A DNA stretch of 64,000 nucleotides from Anaerolineales bacterium (GCA_034430795.1 DAOUDJ010000209.1:3762-67761), one strand, 5' to 3'; shown: positions 28,872-39,032, numbered from the stretch's first letter. Translations and numbers: made by a program. The notes: generated by a model not told the origin, from the letters alone.

Positions 28872-29262
28872 ATGCTGCTCATGAGGGCTCCACTTGTGGA
28901 TACGAATAGAAATCGCTCTGCCGTGATCCACTTCGGGGCGGGCGCCCAATTGGTGCTCGCCACAACACGGGGTGGATGCCAGCGCTGAGCCGCGGCGACC
29001 TCCCCCACCCCGAGTAACTCACCATCCATCCTGCCTGGATTAGCATCGTGCTGGATGCTTGCCCACCCTGTCCCCCTAATCTTTCACTCACCCGGCCACC
29101 CAACTCCGAGAGAGCTCCCCGACGCCAGATCTTTAACGAATAGGAAATCCGGACAAAAGAAAGAAACTTTGTAAGCGATATGGTGTTGTGTAAAGTAGCA
29201 TCCAAAGACCTACCCCTGAAAAATTGAATGTTTGGGATACAACATCCCTGGAGGGGATCGTT

Positions 29263-30426
29263 ATGTCAAAGCGTTACGCTAATATCGTCGGCTGGGGCAA
29301 ATACACCCCCGAACAGGTGCTCACCAATGCCGACCTCGAGCGTATGATTGATACAACCGATGAGTGGATCGTTAAGCGTACCGGCATCCATGAACGCCGG
29401 ATCGTCAGCCCGACCGAGAATACCTCGGATATGGCTGTCGCCGCAGCGCGCGATGCTCTGGCCATAGCCGAGGTACGGGCGCGCGACCTAGGCTTGATCA
29501 TCGTCGCCACCTCCAGTCCGGATTACCTCACCCCTCCGGTCTCTTCGCAAGTCCAGCACGCACTCGGAGCGCGCGACGTGGGCGCTTTCACGCTTGTAGC
29601 CGGGTGTGCTGGCTTCGTCTATGCGTTAACCACTGCCCAGCAATACATCTCCAATGGTGTCTGCGACAACGTACTCGTCATCGGTGTTGAGCTGCTGAGT
29701 CGCTTCATCGATTGGACCGATCGTTCAACTTGTGTGCTTTTCGGCGACGGCGCCGGCGCGGTCGTCCTACAAGTGAGCGACAAACCTGCTGGGGTGCTTT
29801 CATCTGTCCTTGGCTCCGATGGATCAGGCGCCGAGCATCTGATCCTGCCGGGCGGGGGAACAGCCAATCCCCCCACCCACGAAACGATCGACCAGGGACT
29901 TCACACGTTAAAGATGAACGGCAACCAGGTCTTCCGCTTTGCCTCACGCATTATCGGTAAAGCGCTACGGCAAGTGATCCAACAGGCCGGACTGACGAGC
30001 GACGACATCGATCTCTTCATCCCCCACCAGGCAAACTTGCGTATTATCGAGAGCGCGGCACGCTATGTGGGTTTCCCCGAAGAGAAAATCTTCATCAATA
30101 TCGATCGCTACGGAAACACCTCCGCCGCGTCGATCCCGATTGCATTGGTGGAAGCTTTCGAGCAAGGGCGCGCTAAAGTAGGTGACACGCTGGCGTTTGT
30201 AGCCTTTGGCGCCGGTCTCTCCTGGGCAGCGGCCGTGGTCAAGGTGGCCGAACGTGTAAAACCAATCCCCTTCCTTCACTCTCGCCGAAAAACACCTGCT
30301 TGGATCTCAGCGTTTAACCCCTTAAACACCGTCGTGGTTAAGCCTTTGGGGACAGCGCTGAGACTTATGCAGGTCGGCTTCCAACTAATAACAACTTGGT
30401 TTCGGCGGATCCTAAGATTGAGTTAG
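29263..30426 (+). CDS. fabH: 3-oxoacyl-ACP synthase III (FabH-like) with 59-aa C-terminal extension
   Basis: Trimmed to the ATG at 29263, after GGAGGGG. Active-site contexts are GCAGFVYAL (Cys), PHQANLRI (His) and YGNTSAAS (Asn). Confidence 0.85.
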   Translation: MSKRYANIVGWGKYTPEQVLTNADLERMIDTTDEWIVKRTGIHERRIVSPTENTSDMAVAAARDALAIAEVRARDLGLIIVATSSPDYLTPPVSSQVQHALGARDVGAFTLVAGCAGFVYALTTAQQYISNGVCDNVLVIGVELLSRFIDWTDRSTCVLFGDGAGAVVLQVSDKPAGVLSSVLGSDGSGAEHLILPGGGTANPPTHETIDQGLHTLKMNGNQVFRFASRIIGKALRQVIQQAGLTSDDIDLFIPHQANLRIIESAARYVGFPEEKIFINIDRYGNTSAASIPIALVEAFEQGRAKVGDTLAFVAFGAGLSWAAAVVKVAERVKPIPFLHSRRKTPAWISAFNPLNTVVVKPLGTALRLMQVGFQLITTWFRRILRLS

Positions 30427-30460
30427 AACAAGCGGGGTTTCACGATAAACAATAGGGGTC

Positions 30461-31957
30461 CTACTCTCCGTAGGTCACTTTTACTGCAACACGGTCGATT
30501 TGACCTTCTGACGTGCGTGGCAATGCCTCAATAAACTGAATTTGTCTAGGCTTCTTATACGTAGCAATTCGTTTCGTTACCGCTTCGATCACTTCCTTAT
30601 CAGTCAACGTCTCTCCTGGCTTGAGTTCTACAACAGCCTTTACCGTTTCACCCCAGGTCTCATCGGGAACCCCGATGACACACACGGCGCTGACCTGCGG
30701 CAGGGAAGCGATGGCGAACTCCACCTCGGCAGGATAGACGTTCTCCCCACCCGACTTGATAAGATCCTTCTCCGGTTTGCGACCCACATAGTACAGGTAG
30801 CCTTCCTCGTCGAGACGTCCCAGGTCACCGGTGTGGTGCCACCCGAGACGGGCAGCGTAAAGGTTTGCATCTTCGTCACGCCAGTAGCCCTTAAAGACCA
30901 GAGGACCTTGAACAACGATCTCCCCCGTCGCGCCTACCGGCACTTCGTTACCCTGCTCATCGAAGCAACGCAATTCAGCGGCAGGCAAGGGCTTGCCAAC
31001 CGCACCTGGTTTCTCCCGCACATCGATCAGCGTAACAACCCCGGAGGTCTCGGATTGACCGTAACCAGTCCAGAAACTTGCCCCGCTTTCCGCCAACAGG
31101 CGCTGGATCATCTCAGGGGCATCAAGCCCCAAGACATAGCGCAGCGAATCCCACGTGGCGCCGGTCGCTTCACGCGCCTCCAGCAAAGTCGCCAATACCG
31201 GCGGGAAACTGGCCAATAAACTCACTTGATGTTGATCCATGAGCCCTACCGCATCGGTGGGATCGAAACGCTCCTGGATGACATTGGCGCCACCAGCCTG
31301 AAGTGTCGCTAATGAGAGCCCTAACCCGGTGACGTGGAAGAGTGGAAGAGCGGCGAGATGGCGGTCGTCGGGTGTTAGCTCAAGACCATTTATCAGTTGA
31401 TCGCTGGCCGTCAGGATATTAGCGTGTGTTAACGTCGCCGCACGTGGTACGCCTTCGACAGCTGCTGTAGTCAGCAACACGAAGGCATCGTCCGCCTTGA
31501 CGACCGGGATTTCACTATCCCCCTCCTGTGACAAGTCATCGAAGGACAGCCAACCCTCCTGAGACTCGCTGCCAATGAGGGCTCGAAACGGAATAGTATC
31601 GACTTCGATGGATTCAAGCGTTCCCAAGTTGACTGCATCCACGATCAACATCTTCGGTTCAGCCAGATCCAACACTCCTTGAACCTCAGCGCCCGACAGA
31701 CGCCAATTAATCGGAAAAACGATCGCTCCAGTTCTTGCGCAAGCGCCAAACAACAGGAAGCTCTCGATGGCATTATAGGCAAGGAGGCAGACGCGTTCAC
31801 CCGTTGCGATCCCCCTCCGGTTGAGACCCTCGGCAAGCACATCCACGCGATCTAGCAATTGATTGTAAGTAAGTGAATCAGATGGACCGATAAGTGCTAT
31901 TTCAGAACCTCGTGCACGGGCATTATCTTGAAGGGTTGTGTAAAAAGTTCGTCCCAT
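30461..31957 (-). CDS. AMP-dependent acyl-CoA synthetase/ligase (class I adenylate-forming)
   Basis: 498 aa. Contains YGQSETSG, HTGDLGRLDEEGYLYYVGR and IKSGGENVYPAEVE. The P-loop-like A3 motif is atypical (LLTTAAVEGVPRAATLTH). Confidence 0.85.
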   Translation of the reverse strand: MGRTFYTTLQDNARARGSEIALIGPSDSLTYNQLLDRVDVLAEGLNRRGIATGERVCLLAYNAIESFLLFGACARTGAIVFPINWRLSGAEVQGVLDLAEPKMLIVDAVNLGTLESIEVDTIPFRALIGSESQEGWLSFDDLSQEGDSEIPVVKADDAFVLLTTAAVEGVPRAATLTHANILTASDQLINGLELTPDDRHLAALPLFHVTGLGLSLATLQAGGANVIQERFDPTDAVGLMDQHQVSLLASFPPVLATLLEAREATGATWDSLRYVLGLDAPEMIQRLLAESGASFWTGYGQSETSGVVTLIDVREKPGAVGKPLPAAELRCFDEQGNEVPVGATGEIVVQGPLVFKGYWRDEDANLYAARLGWHHTGDLGRLDEEGYLYYVGRKPEKDLIKSGGENVYPAEVEFAIASLPQVSAVCVIGVPDETWGETVKAVVELKPGETLTDKEVIEAVTKRIATYKKPRQIQFIEALPRTSEGQIDRVAVKVTYGE

Positions 31958-32002
31958 AATGTTACCTGCCTTCCCCGTGATGATTCCTGATGTGATTAGA
32001 TC

Positions 32003-32809
32003 TCATCCCAACCAACGCTTTCGCCTTTTATAGTGCTTCACGTCCCGGTAGCTCTTACGCTCTCCCAGCTGATTAAGTCCCAGGTAAAACTCCTTGATGT
32101 CCTCGTTGTTAACCATTTGCTCTGCCGACCCGTCCAATACGATACGCCCGTTATCCATCACGTATGCGTAGTCCGCCACACTAAGCGCCAGATTGGCATT
32201 TTGTTCCACCAGAAGGATCGAGATTCCGCTTTGATCGCGCATCTGTTGGATGACTCGGAAAATTTCGGCGACGAGCAAAGGTGCCAAGCCAAGGGAAGGC
32301 TCATCTAGCAGAATGAAGCGCGGATTGCTCATTAACGCCCGTCCAATCACGAGCATCTGCTGCTCGCCGCCAGATAGATAACCGCTTACGCGCTTGCGCA
32401 AGTCCTCCAACCTAGGGAAGAAGTGGTACACCTCGGCTAGATCCCGTCGCAAAGAGGAATCCGGCGTGCGACCACAAGCGACCGAACCGACGATCAAATT
32501 CTCTTCGACGGTGAGGTGCTGGAATAAGCGACGACCTTCGAGGATTTGGATTAGACCCCGGCGGACGACTTCATCGGGCGGTAAACGGTCGATGCGTGCA
32601 CCATCATATTCGATCGTCCCGCGGGTAATCCTCCCATCCTGGCTTACCAATAGGCCCGAGATTGCACGCAGCGAAGTCGTTTTCCCAGCGCCATTTGAGC
32701 CGAGAAGGGCAACGATTGTGCCAGGTTTCACCTCGAGTGATACCCCTCGCAATACCTGGATGACGTCGCTATATACAACCTCGATGTTATTGAGTTTTAA
32801 CTGCGACAT
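32003..32809 (-). CDS. branched-chain-amino-acid-type ABC transporter ATP-binding protein (LivF-like)
   Basis: 268 aa. Walker A GSNGAGKTT, signature LSGGEQQM, Walker B ILLDEPSLGL. Confidence 0.9.
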   Translation of the reverse strand: MSQLKLNNIEVVYSDVIQVLRGVSLEVKPGTIVALLGSNGAGKTTSLRAISGLLVSQDGRITRGTIEYDGARIDRLPPDEVVRRGLIQILEGRRLFQHLTVEENLIVGSVACGRTPDSSLRRDLAEVYHFFPRLEDLRKRVSGYLSGGEQQMLVIGRALMSNPRFILLDEPSLGLAPLLVAEIFRVIQQMRDQSGISILLVEQNANLALSVADYAYVMDNGRIVLDGSAEQMVNNEDIKEFYLGLNQLGERKSYRDVKHYKRRKRWLG

Positions 32810-32878
32810 AGTTACCTTATTGATCCCGGGAACATCAATTCCAGATGCCCCCGGGGGTAATTCACAACGGTGGATACT

Positions 32879-34219
32879 TTACTCTGTAGGTCGCAGATCA
32901 GGGGTGTCGGTCCAGTCTTGTAGAACATTAAAGGCATCCGGTCCACCCTGGATCATGCGGATCTGGGAAACATGTGGCGATCGACTCGTACCTGAGTAGT
33001 CGACGCGCAGGACACCATCCAGCGCCTCGAAGGGGCTTAAGTCTATCAAGGCATCATGCACTGCTTCGCCGTTGAGATTCTCGTAGCCCACCGTATCGAT
33101 GGCGTGCTGGATCGCCTGAACGGCCATATCGATCCCGGCGACCAACAGCAGGTAGCCGACATTGTGCTCACTCGACGGCCGTTCGTTGGCGGCGAACAAG
33201 CTCTCGGCATACTGCACTCCGGAATTATCAGCATCGGTCCACCAGAGATAGGGGAAGGCCGAGATCAAGCCAACGCCATATGCCCCGTCTGCGAGGAAAG
33301 CATAAGTGGCCAGATCCATGCCCCAGTTATCGGTCGCGACGACAAATTGATCACGTAGCCCAAGGCTATGGAGGTCATTCAAGACAACCGATACGCCGAA
33401 CGCCAATGTGTTGGTCCAGATGACATTGGCACCAGCCGCCTGGGCGTTGAGGATGGCGATAGTAGTATCCGCGGCCGGCGAGACATCGTAGGTTTCTTCA
33501 GCGACCACCTCGATGCCTAAATCATCCAGGAAGGCCCGCGTCTCGGGTGTGAGTGCTCCCTGGCCAAAGGCTGTGGGCCAGCTGACATAGGCCAGCTTGA
33601 TCTCATCCCCTGCATCGGCCGGTTTGTACGCTGCCCAGTTATCATGCAAAAAGGTCATCACTAAGCCGAACTGATCGGGGTAGATGGGACCCAGCCCGAA
33701 GGAATAACCCGAATCGATGTAGAAGCCACGGGCACTCAAACCGGCGGTGATGTTGACGACCTTATTCTCGGCGAAGCGCTGCGCCAGCGCTTCAACTTCA
33801 CCGGAACCGTAGGTGATCATCACAAGCGGATTGTCATCTTGGCCGGTGAAGCGATCGAAAGCTGCCACGGCTTCATCGATGCTGCCGCCAGTATCGGCGA
33901 ATTTCACATCAAGCATGGCACCGTAAATCCCGCCAGCCTCATTAACTGCTGCGGCGGCATCTTCCGCTCCGTGCACCAGTGGTGAGGTGATTGCCGCATA
34001 AGGGCCGGAAAGATCGCCAAAGTGATAGATAGTGATGGTTTCGCCAGTCAGATCGGGCGGTCCAGCCGGCTCCTCGGGTTCCGGCTCAGGAGTAGCGGGC
34101 TCCTCTATAGGCTCTGGTGGTGGTGGTGGTGGTTCTTCCGTGGGGGCTGGAGCGCAGGCACCTAATACCAGCGCTACCAGGACAAATAGGCTAAGAAGGA
34201 TATGGATCTTGCTACGCAT
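32879..34219 (-). CDS. ABC transporter substrate-binding lipoprotein (LivK/type-I periplasmic-binding fold)
   Basis: 446 aa. Signal peptide plus lipobox (LVLGAC), then a Pro/Glu-rich linker (APAPTEEPPPPPPEPIEEPATPEPEPEEPAGPP), then a Leu/Ile/Val-binding-protein-like body. Confidence 0.85.
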   Translation of the reverse strand: MRSKIHILLSLFVLVALVLGACAPAPTEEPPPPPPEPIEEPATPEPEPEEPAGPPDLTGETITIYHFGDLSGPYAAITSPLVHGAEDAAAAVNEAGGIYGAMLDVKFADTGGSIDEAVAAFDRFTGQDDNPLVMITYGSGEVEALAQRFAENKVVNITAGLSARGFYIDSGYSFGLGPIYPDQFGLVMTFLHDNWAAYKPADAGDEIKLAYVSWPTAFGQGALTPETRAFLDDLGIEVVAEETYDVSPAADTTIAILNAQAAGANVIWTNTLAFGVSVVLNDLHSLGLRDQFVVATDNWGMDLATYAFLADGAYGVGLISAFPYLWWTDADNSGVQYAESLFAANERPSSEHNVGYLLLVAGIDMAVQAIQHAIDTVGYENLNGEAVHDALIDLSPFEALDGVLRVDYSGTSRSPHVSQIRMIQGGPDAFNVLQDWTDTPDLRPTE

Positions 34220-34337
34220 GGCTCATCTCCTCGTTAAGTTTGACGGGGTCTACTCAGGCCATCGGATTCAATGTCGGGGATCGGGGCACGCCCTGAGCTT
34301 CGAAATGAAACAAGTTGTTCCTGCACCTCCTCTTGGG

Positions 34338-35399
34338 TTAATGAGAGAATGGACGCAATCGCCAGGCTGCTTTTATGACATTCCAGCGATACGCTAAACC
34401 TCGCGGCTCAAAGATCAGGAACAGCATTAAAGCTGTACCGAAGAACAATGGACGCAATGCCTGAACGGCACCATAAGCTGTAGCTGGAAGAATATCGGAG
34501 AAAACTGGTCCAAGGATAGTAGCAATTTCGATCAACATCTCGACCACAATCGCGCCGAAGAAAGGACCCAGATTGGATCCCAGACCTCCGATGACCAGCA
34601 TCCCCATGAAGATGATCGAGTCGGTCAAATTGAAGGTTTCAGAATTGATATGGCGCAGTTGGTGAGCCGCCAGCGCACCTGCCAGGCCAGCGTACATAGC
34701 CGCCAGGAAGAAAGCCTGAAGTTTTACCCGGAACAGATTAACTCCAAGCACCTCCGCGGCCAAATCATTATCGCGGATCGTGATGAAGGCGCGCCCAAGA
34801 CGAGAGCGCGAGACATTGTGGGCAACGAATGTAGTCACGATCAGGATAGTCAATGTCAACACCAGGTAGCGCTGCGGCGTGTTGATTTCCAACCCGAAAA
34901 ACACGGGCACGGCCACGTTCAACCCCTGGGCACCGTTCAGCAGCTCTTTGAAGGAGTTGCGGGTAAACCAGGGGATGATGAACTGGGCTGCCAGGGTGGC
35001 CATTACTAGGTAAAACCCCTTCACCCGCAGTGAGGGCAGACCGAATAACAACCCGATCACACCAGCCCCCAGAGCAGCAGCTGGCATCGAGAAGAAGAAG
35101 GGCCAGCCCAGCTGGTTTACCAGCAGCGCAGAAATATAGCCTCCGGTGGTCATGAAGGCCGCCTGGCCCAGTGAGATCTGTCCGGTATAGCCCGTGAGTA
35201 AATTGAGCCCTTGAATTGCGATGATGGTAATGCATATGCGATTCACCAGGGCGACAAGGCTTTGACTTGCATAGAACGGCAATGTGTAGAGCGCAATAAT
35301 GAGAGCGAACAGAACCACCCACTGCCACTTGCGACGGATGGTTGCCATGTCCTCTGCATAACTTGTATCGAATTCACCGGCAGGTCGTAACACAGCCAT
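34338..35399 (-). CDS. branched-chain-type ABC transporter permease (LivM-like)
   Basis: 353 aa, polytopic. Contains GYTGQISLGQAAFM. Confidence 0.9.
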   Translation of the reverse strand: MAVLRPAGEFDTSYAEDMATIRRKWQWVVLFALIIALYTLPFYASQSLVALVNRICITIIAIQGLNLLTGYTGQISLGQAAFMTTGGYISALLVNQLGWPFFFSMPAAALGAGVIGLLFGLPSLRVKGFYLVMATLAAQFIIPWFTRNSFKELLNGAQGLNVAVPVFFGLEINTPQRYLVLTLTILIVTTFVAHNVSRSRLGRAFITIRDNDLAAEVLGVNLFRVKLQAFFLAAMYAGLAGALAAHQLRHINSETFNLTDSIIFMGMLVIGGLGSNLGPFFGAIVVEMLIEIATILGPVFSDILPATAYGAVQALRPLFFGTALMLFLIFEPRGLAYRWNVIKAAWRLRPFSH

Positions 35400-35402
35400 T
35401 TT

Positions 35403-36323
35403 CTAGATCCTCTCGATCCTCTTTTGACCGAATAATCCTTCTGGCAGAATCAGCAAGACCAACAGGAGCACGATATACGGCATGATCTCGCCCGAATTAC
35501 GAATAAATTGGATCTTCGAGGCTGAGACCAACCCCTTCGATAGGCCAATTAAAAGACCACCGACGATCGTGCCCGGGATCGACTCCAAGCCACCTAGGAG
35601 CACGGCTGGGAAGGCCGCCAGCACCACAATGGAAAGGCTCAAATCGAGGCCGCTAGCGGTAGCTAGGAGAACCCCCCCAGTTGTCGCAACAACGGCGGCC
35701 AGCATCCACGAGATGCCAAAGATGCGGTGGACGCGCAGGCCAATGCTCTGCGCCAGCTCGTGATCCTCGGAGGTGGCCCTCATCGCCAGCCCGGCTTTGG
35801 TAAATTGAAAGAAGGCACCGATTACGATTACGCCCAGGATGGCCACGATAAAGGACCACACCAAGTTCTGCTTGAGAATCAGCACAATCGGGTTACCCTC
35901 ATATATAAATGGGGTTGTGATCTTATAAGGGTCACCGGCCGAGAAAATATGCGGGAAATTGCGCTGACTTCCACCGAAAAACAACAGCGCTAATCCTTGC
36001 AGCACCTGGCTGAGACCTAGCGTCATCAGTATGATCGAAAGCAGTGGTTGTCCAGTCATCGGTCGCAGCGCCAAACGTTCGATGACCAGACCCAGAAAAG
36101 CCGAGAGGATCAACGCCAGGGCGATCGAGACCCACAATGGCAGCCCCAGTTCCACCGAAAACCACCAGGTGATTAGCGCACCTATGAGCAGCAGTTGGCC
36201 TTGCGCGAAGTTGAAGATGTAGGAGGACTTGAAGATGAGCACCAAGCCGAGCGCCATCAAGGCGATTGGACCACCGGCTAATAATCCAGTTACGGCGAAC
36301 TGGGGCAGTAATTGCCAATTCAT
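35403..36323 (-). CDS. branched-chain-type ABC transporter permease (LivH-like)
   Basis: 306 aa, polytopic. Contains NFAQGQLLLIGA. Confidence 0.9.
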   Translation of the reverse strand: MNWQLLPQFAVTGLLAGGPIALMALGLVLIFKSSYIFNFAQGQLLLIGALITWWFSVELGLPLWVSIALALILSAFLGLVIERLALRPMTGQPLLSIILMTLGLSQVLQGLALLFFGGSQRNFPHIFSAGDPYKITTPFIYEGNPIVLILKQNLVWSFIVAILGVIVIGAFFQFTKAGLAMRATSEDHELAQSIGLRVHRIFGISWMLAAVVATTGGVLLATASGLDLSLSIVVLAAFPAVLLGGLESIPGTIVGGLLIGLSKGLVSASKIQFIRNSGEIMPYIVLLLVLLILPEGLFGQKRIERI

Positions 36324-38254
36324 TCTGGACTCTCCTCCTTATCGAGCGCTTCTACACGCACCGTCGTTTCGACGATCCCTTCACGACCATCGCGGTAGCG
36401 CACATAAGCCTTGACGTTCACTTCGACGCTATCCCTATACATGGCGTCAATAATATCCTGATAATGTTCCCGCAACGTCCTTCGGCGCAGTTTACGAGTG
36501 CGAGTAAGCTCAGCCTCATCAGCATCGAATTCTTTGTGCATCAGCACAAACCGGCGAACTGCTGCCGCCTCGACTAATGTGTCGTTGACGCGCTCCACAT
36601 CCTGTCGAATTAGACTATAGACCTCTGGCTTTTGCGATAAATCCACGTAAGTTGTGTAAGCGAGACCGTGCCGTTCAGCCCAGCGGCCCACGTTCTCAAA
36701 ATCAATGTTGATTAAAGCCGTGACAAATGGGAGATCGGTCGCGCCTACCGTCATCACGTCACGGATATAGGGGCTGAACTTGAGCTGACCTTCGATGAAC
36801 TGTGGTGAGAAGTGCTCCCCGCTTGCCAGCGTGATCATCTCCTTAAGGCGATCGAGGTAGATCAGGTGCTGGTTCTCATCGATGTGCCCAGCGTCCCCGG
36901 TTCGGAACCACCGTTTACCTTCCGCATCGATCTCGAGTGCCTCTTGAGTGGCACCCGGATCTTTGTAGTATCCCTGGAAAACGGAAGGACCGGCGATGAG
37001 GATTTCGCCGTCATCGCCAATGCGGACTTCCATCCCAGGTGGTGGTACGCCGACAGTCTCAAAACGCACATCATCACCGATGTGGAGCGTGTGGGTCTGG
37101 GCTTCCGTGGAACCGTATAGCTGCTTGATATTAACACCGATGGCACGGAAGAAACGGATCACATCTGGGCTCTGGGCTGCACCCGAAGAATATGCAGAGC
37201 GGATGCGGGTCATGCCCAGTTTGTCCCGTAGGGGGTGAAATAGAGCGAACTCCCCTACCACATAAAGCAGGCGCCAGATCCAGGGAACCGGTTTATGCTG
37301 TTCGTAGCGTAAATTCGCTACTTTATAGCCGACCGGCATGAAGATTCGGTAGAGTAAACGATTGGCCCAAGTGGCTTCGGTCATCTTCACCTGCACCAAG
37401 GCAACCAGGCTTTCCCACTGGCGAGCGCTGAACAACTGCACGAAGGGTGTGATCTCGCGCAGGTTTTCCTGGACCGTCTCGGGAGCCTCTGGAAAGTTGA
37501 CGATCATGCCCGTACGCAGGTGAATCGCCAGTCCAAGCACGTTCTCGGTGATCCAGGCCGGGGGTAGGAATGAGAGGTATTCATCATCTGCGGTGCGCGG
37601 GTCGACCTCCAGAGTTAGATCACAACCGTCGATTAAATTTGCGTGGCTGATCATCGCCCCTTTCGGCTGACCAGTTGTTCCTGATGTGTAGCAAAAGATG
37701 GCAAACTCATCAGCTTTTCCTGCGTCGACCACTTGATCAAACAGCGCTGGTTTTTCCCCATGGAGGTGTCTGCCAAATGCCTGGACCTCGGCGTAATCCA
37801 GCAGCCATTCATCATCGTAGCTCCACAGACCCTTCTCATCCCAGAAGATGACACGCTCCACCTGCGGGAGCCGATCCTTGATCTCGATCAGCTTATCGCA
37901 CTGTTCCTGATCCTTAGCGAACACCAGGGTGGAATCCGAGTGTGCCACGATATATTCAATTTCAAGCGGTGAGCTATCCGTGAAGATACCCACGGCAACA
38001 CCACCGACAGATTGGACCGCCAATTGTGCCCAAAAGTATTGCGGATCGTTATCGCCAATGATGCAGGCTTTCTCTCCGCGGGAAAAACCCAGATGCATCA
38101 GACCAAGGCAAAGATCGCGCGTCTGCTCAAACGATTCTTCCCAGGTAAGGGAGCGCCAGATTCCGCGATCCTTCTGCCGCATTGCGGTTCTGCTCGACCC
38201 ATAACGCGCTGCAGTAGCCCGCAAACTCTTCGGGAGGGTATCCATCTCGCCCAC
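36320..38254 (-). CDS. long-chain acyl-CoA synthetase (AMP-forming, FadD-like) embedded in the ABC operon
   Basis: 644 aa. Canonical A3 motif YTSGTTGQPKGAMISH, plus YGSTEA and FRTGDAG. The start overlaps the livG-like stop region and the stop overlaps the livH-like start. Confidence 0.85.
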   Translation of the reverse strand: MGEMDTLPKSLRATAARYGSSRTAMRQKDRGIWRSLTWEESFEQTRDLCLGLMHLGFSRGEKACIIGDNDPQYFWAQLAVQSVGGVAVGIFTDSSPLEIEYIVAHSDSTLVFAKDQEQCDKLIEIKDRLPQVERVIFWDEKGLWSYDDEWLLDYAEVQAFGRHLHGEKPALFDQVVDAGKADEFAIFCYTSGTTGQPKGAMISHANLIDGCDLTLEVDPRTADDEYLSFLPPAWITENVLGLAIHLRTGMIVNFPEAPETVQENLREITPFVQLFSARQWESLVALVQVKMTEATWANRLLYRIFMPVGYKVANLRYEQHKPVPWIWRLLYVVGEFALFHPLRDKLGMTRIRSAYSSGAAQSPDVIRFFRAIGVNIKQLYGSTEAQTHTLHIGDDVRFETVGVPPPGMEVRIGDDGEILIAGPSVFQGYYKDPGATQEALEIDAEGKRWFRTGDAGHIDENQHLIYLDRLKEMITLASGEHFSPQFIEGQLKFSPYIRDVMTVGATDLPFVTALINIDFENVGRWAERHGLAYTTYVDLSQKPEVYSLIRQDVERVNDTLVEAAAVRRFVLMHKEFDADEAELTRTRKLRRRTLREHYQDIIDAMYRDSVEVNVKAYVRYRDGREGIVETTVRVEALDKEESPE

Positions 38255-38255
38255 C

Positions 38256-39032
38256 TCAAACTGCCTCGCCTAGGTAGGCGTTGATCACGGTTGGGTCCAA
38301 GCGGATTTGCTCGGGAGAACCTTCGGCAATCTTGGCGCCGAAGTCAAGCACCACGGCGCGGTCAGCGATATCCATGACCAAGCCCATATCATGTTCTATC
38401 AGCAAGATTGTCATATGCTCGCGCTCGTGGATATCGAGGATGAAACGCGCCATATCCTCCTTTTCTTCCTGATTCATGCCAGTCATAGGTTCATCCAGCA
38501 GCAGCAAGCGCGGCTCGAGCGCCAGGGCGCGGCCCAATTCCACTCGCTTGCGTAGTCCGTAAGGTAATGATCCGACAATCGATTTACGGATGTGTTCGAT
38601 CTCGAGGAAATCGATGATCTCTTCGATCCGTACTCGATGAGCGATGTCTTCACGGTGCGCCGGACCCCAATAGATCAAACACTGTAAAAAGGTAGCGCGC
38701 ATATGGATATTACGAGCTGCCATTAAGTTATCGAGCGTGCTCAGGCCGGTATACAGGGCGATATTCTGAAAGGTGCGTGCCACCCCCATTTGAGCGATGC
38801 GATGGGGTGGTAGCATCGTCAGGTCCTTCCCGTCAAACAGGATATGCCCTTTGTAGGGACGGTAGAAGCCGTTGAGGCAGTTCAGTATTGATGTCTTACC
38901 AGCGCCGTTCGGCCCGATAATTGCCAGAATCTCACCAGGATGGACGTCGAAGCTAACACTCGTGAGCGCCTGGGTACCGCCGAAGCGCAATGAGACGTCA
39001 TCTACCTTTAGAAAAGTCGTTTCAGTTGTCAT
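38256..39032 (-). CDS. branched-chain-type ABC transporter ATP-binding protein (LivG-like)
   Basis: 258 aa. Walker A GPNGAGKTS, Walker B LLLDEPMTGM, and the LivG-type C-terminus. Confidence 0.9.
   Translation of the reverse strand: MTTETTFLKVDDVSLRFGGTQALTSVSFDVHPGEILAIIGPNGAGKTSILNCLNGFYRPYKGHILFDGKDLTMLPPHRIAQMGVARTFQNIALYTGLSTLDNLMAARNIHMRATFLQCLIYWGPAHREDIAHRVRIEEIIDFLEIEHIRKSIVGSLPYGLRKRVELGRALALEPRLLLLDEPMTGMNQEEKEDMARFILDIHEREHMTILLIEHDMGLVMDIADRAVVLDFGAKIAEGSPEQIRLDPTVINAYLGEAV

Noticed and set aside
28592-28909. 105-aa ORF (and neighbouring ORFs 28213..28674, 28751..29029, 28879..29205) in the gap upstream of fabH
   Set aside because: These are assembled from the dispersed repeat motifs (peptides such as VIASGAKLSS and PLAMTR). 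They have no SD and no recognisable domain, so I treated them as non-coding repeat sequence.
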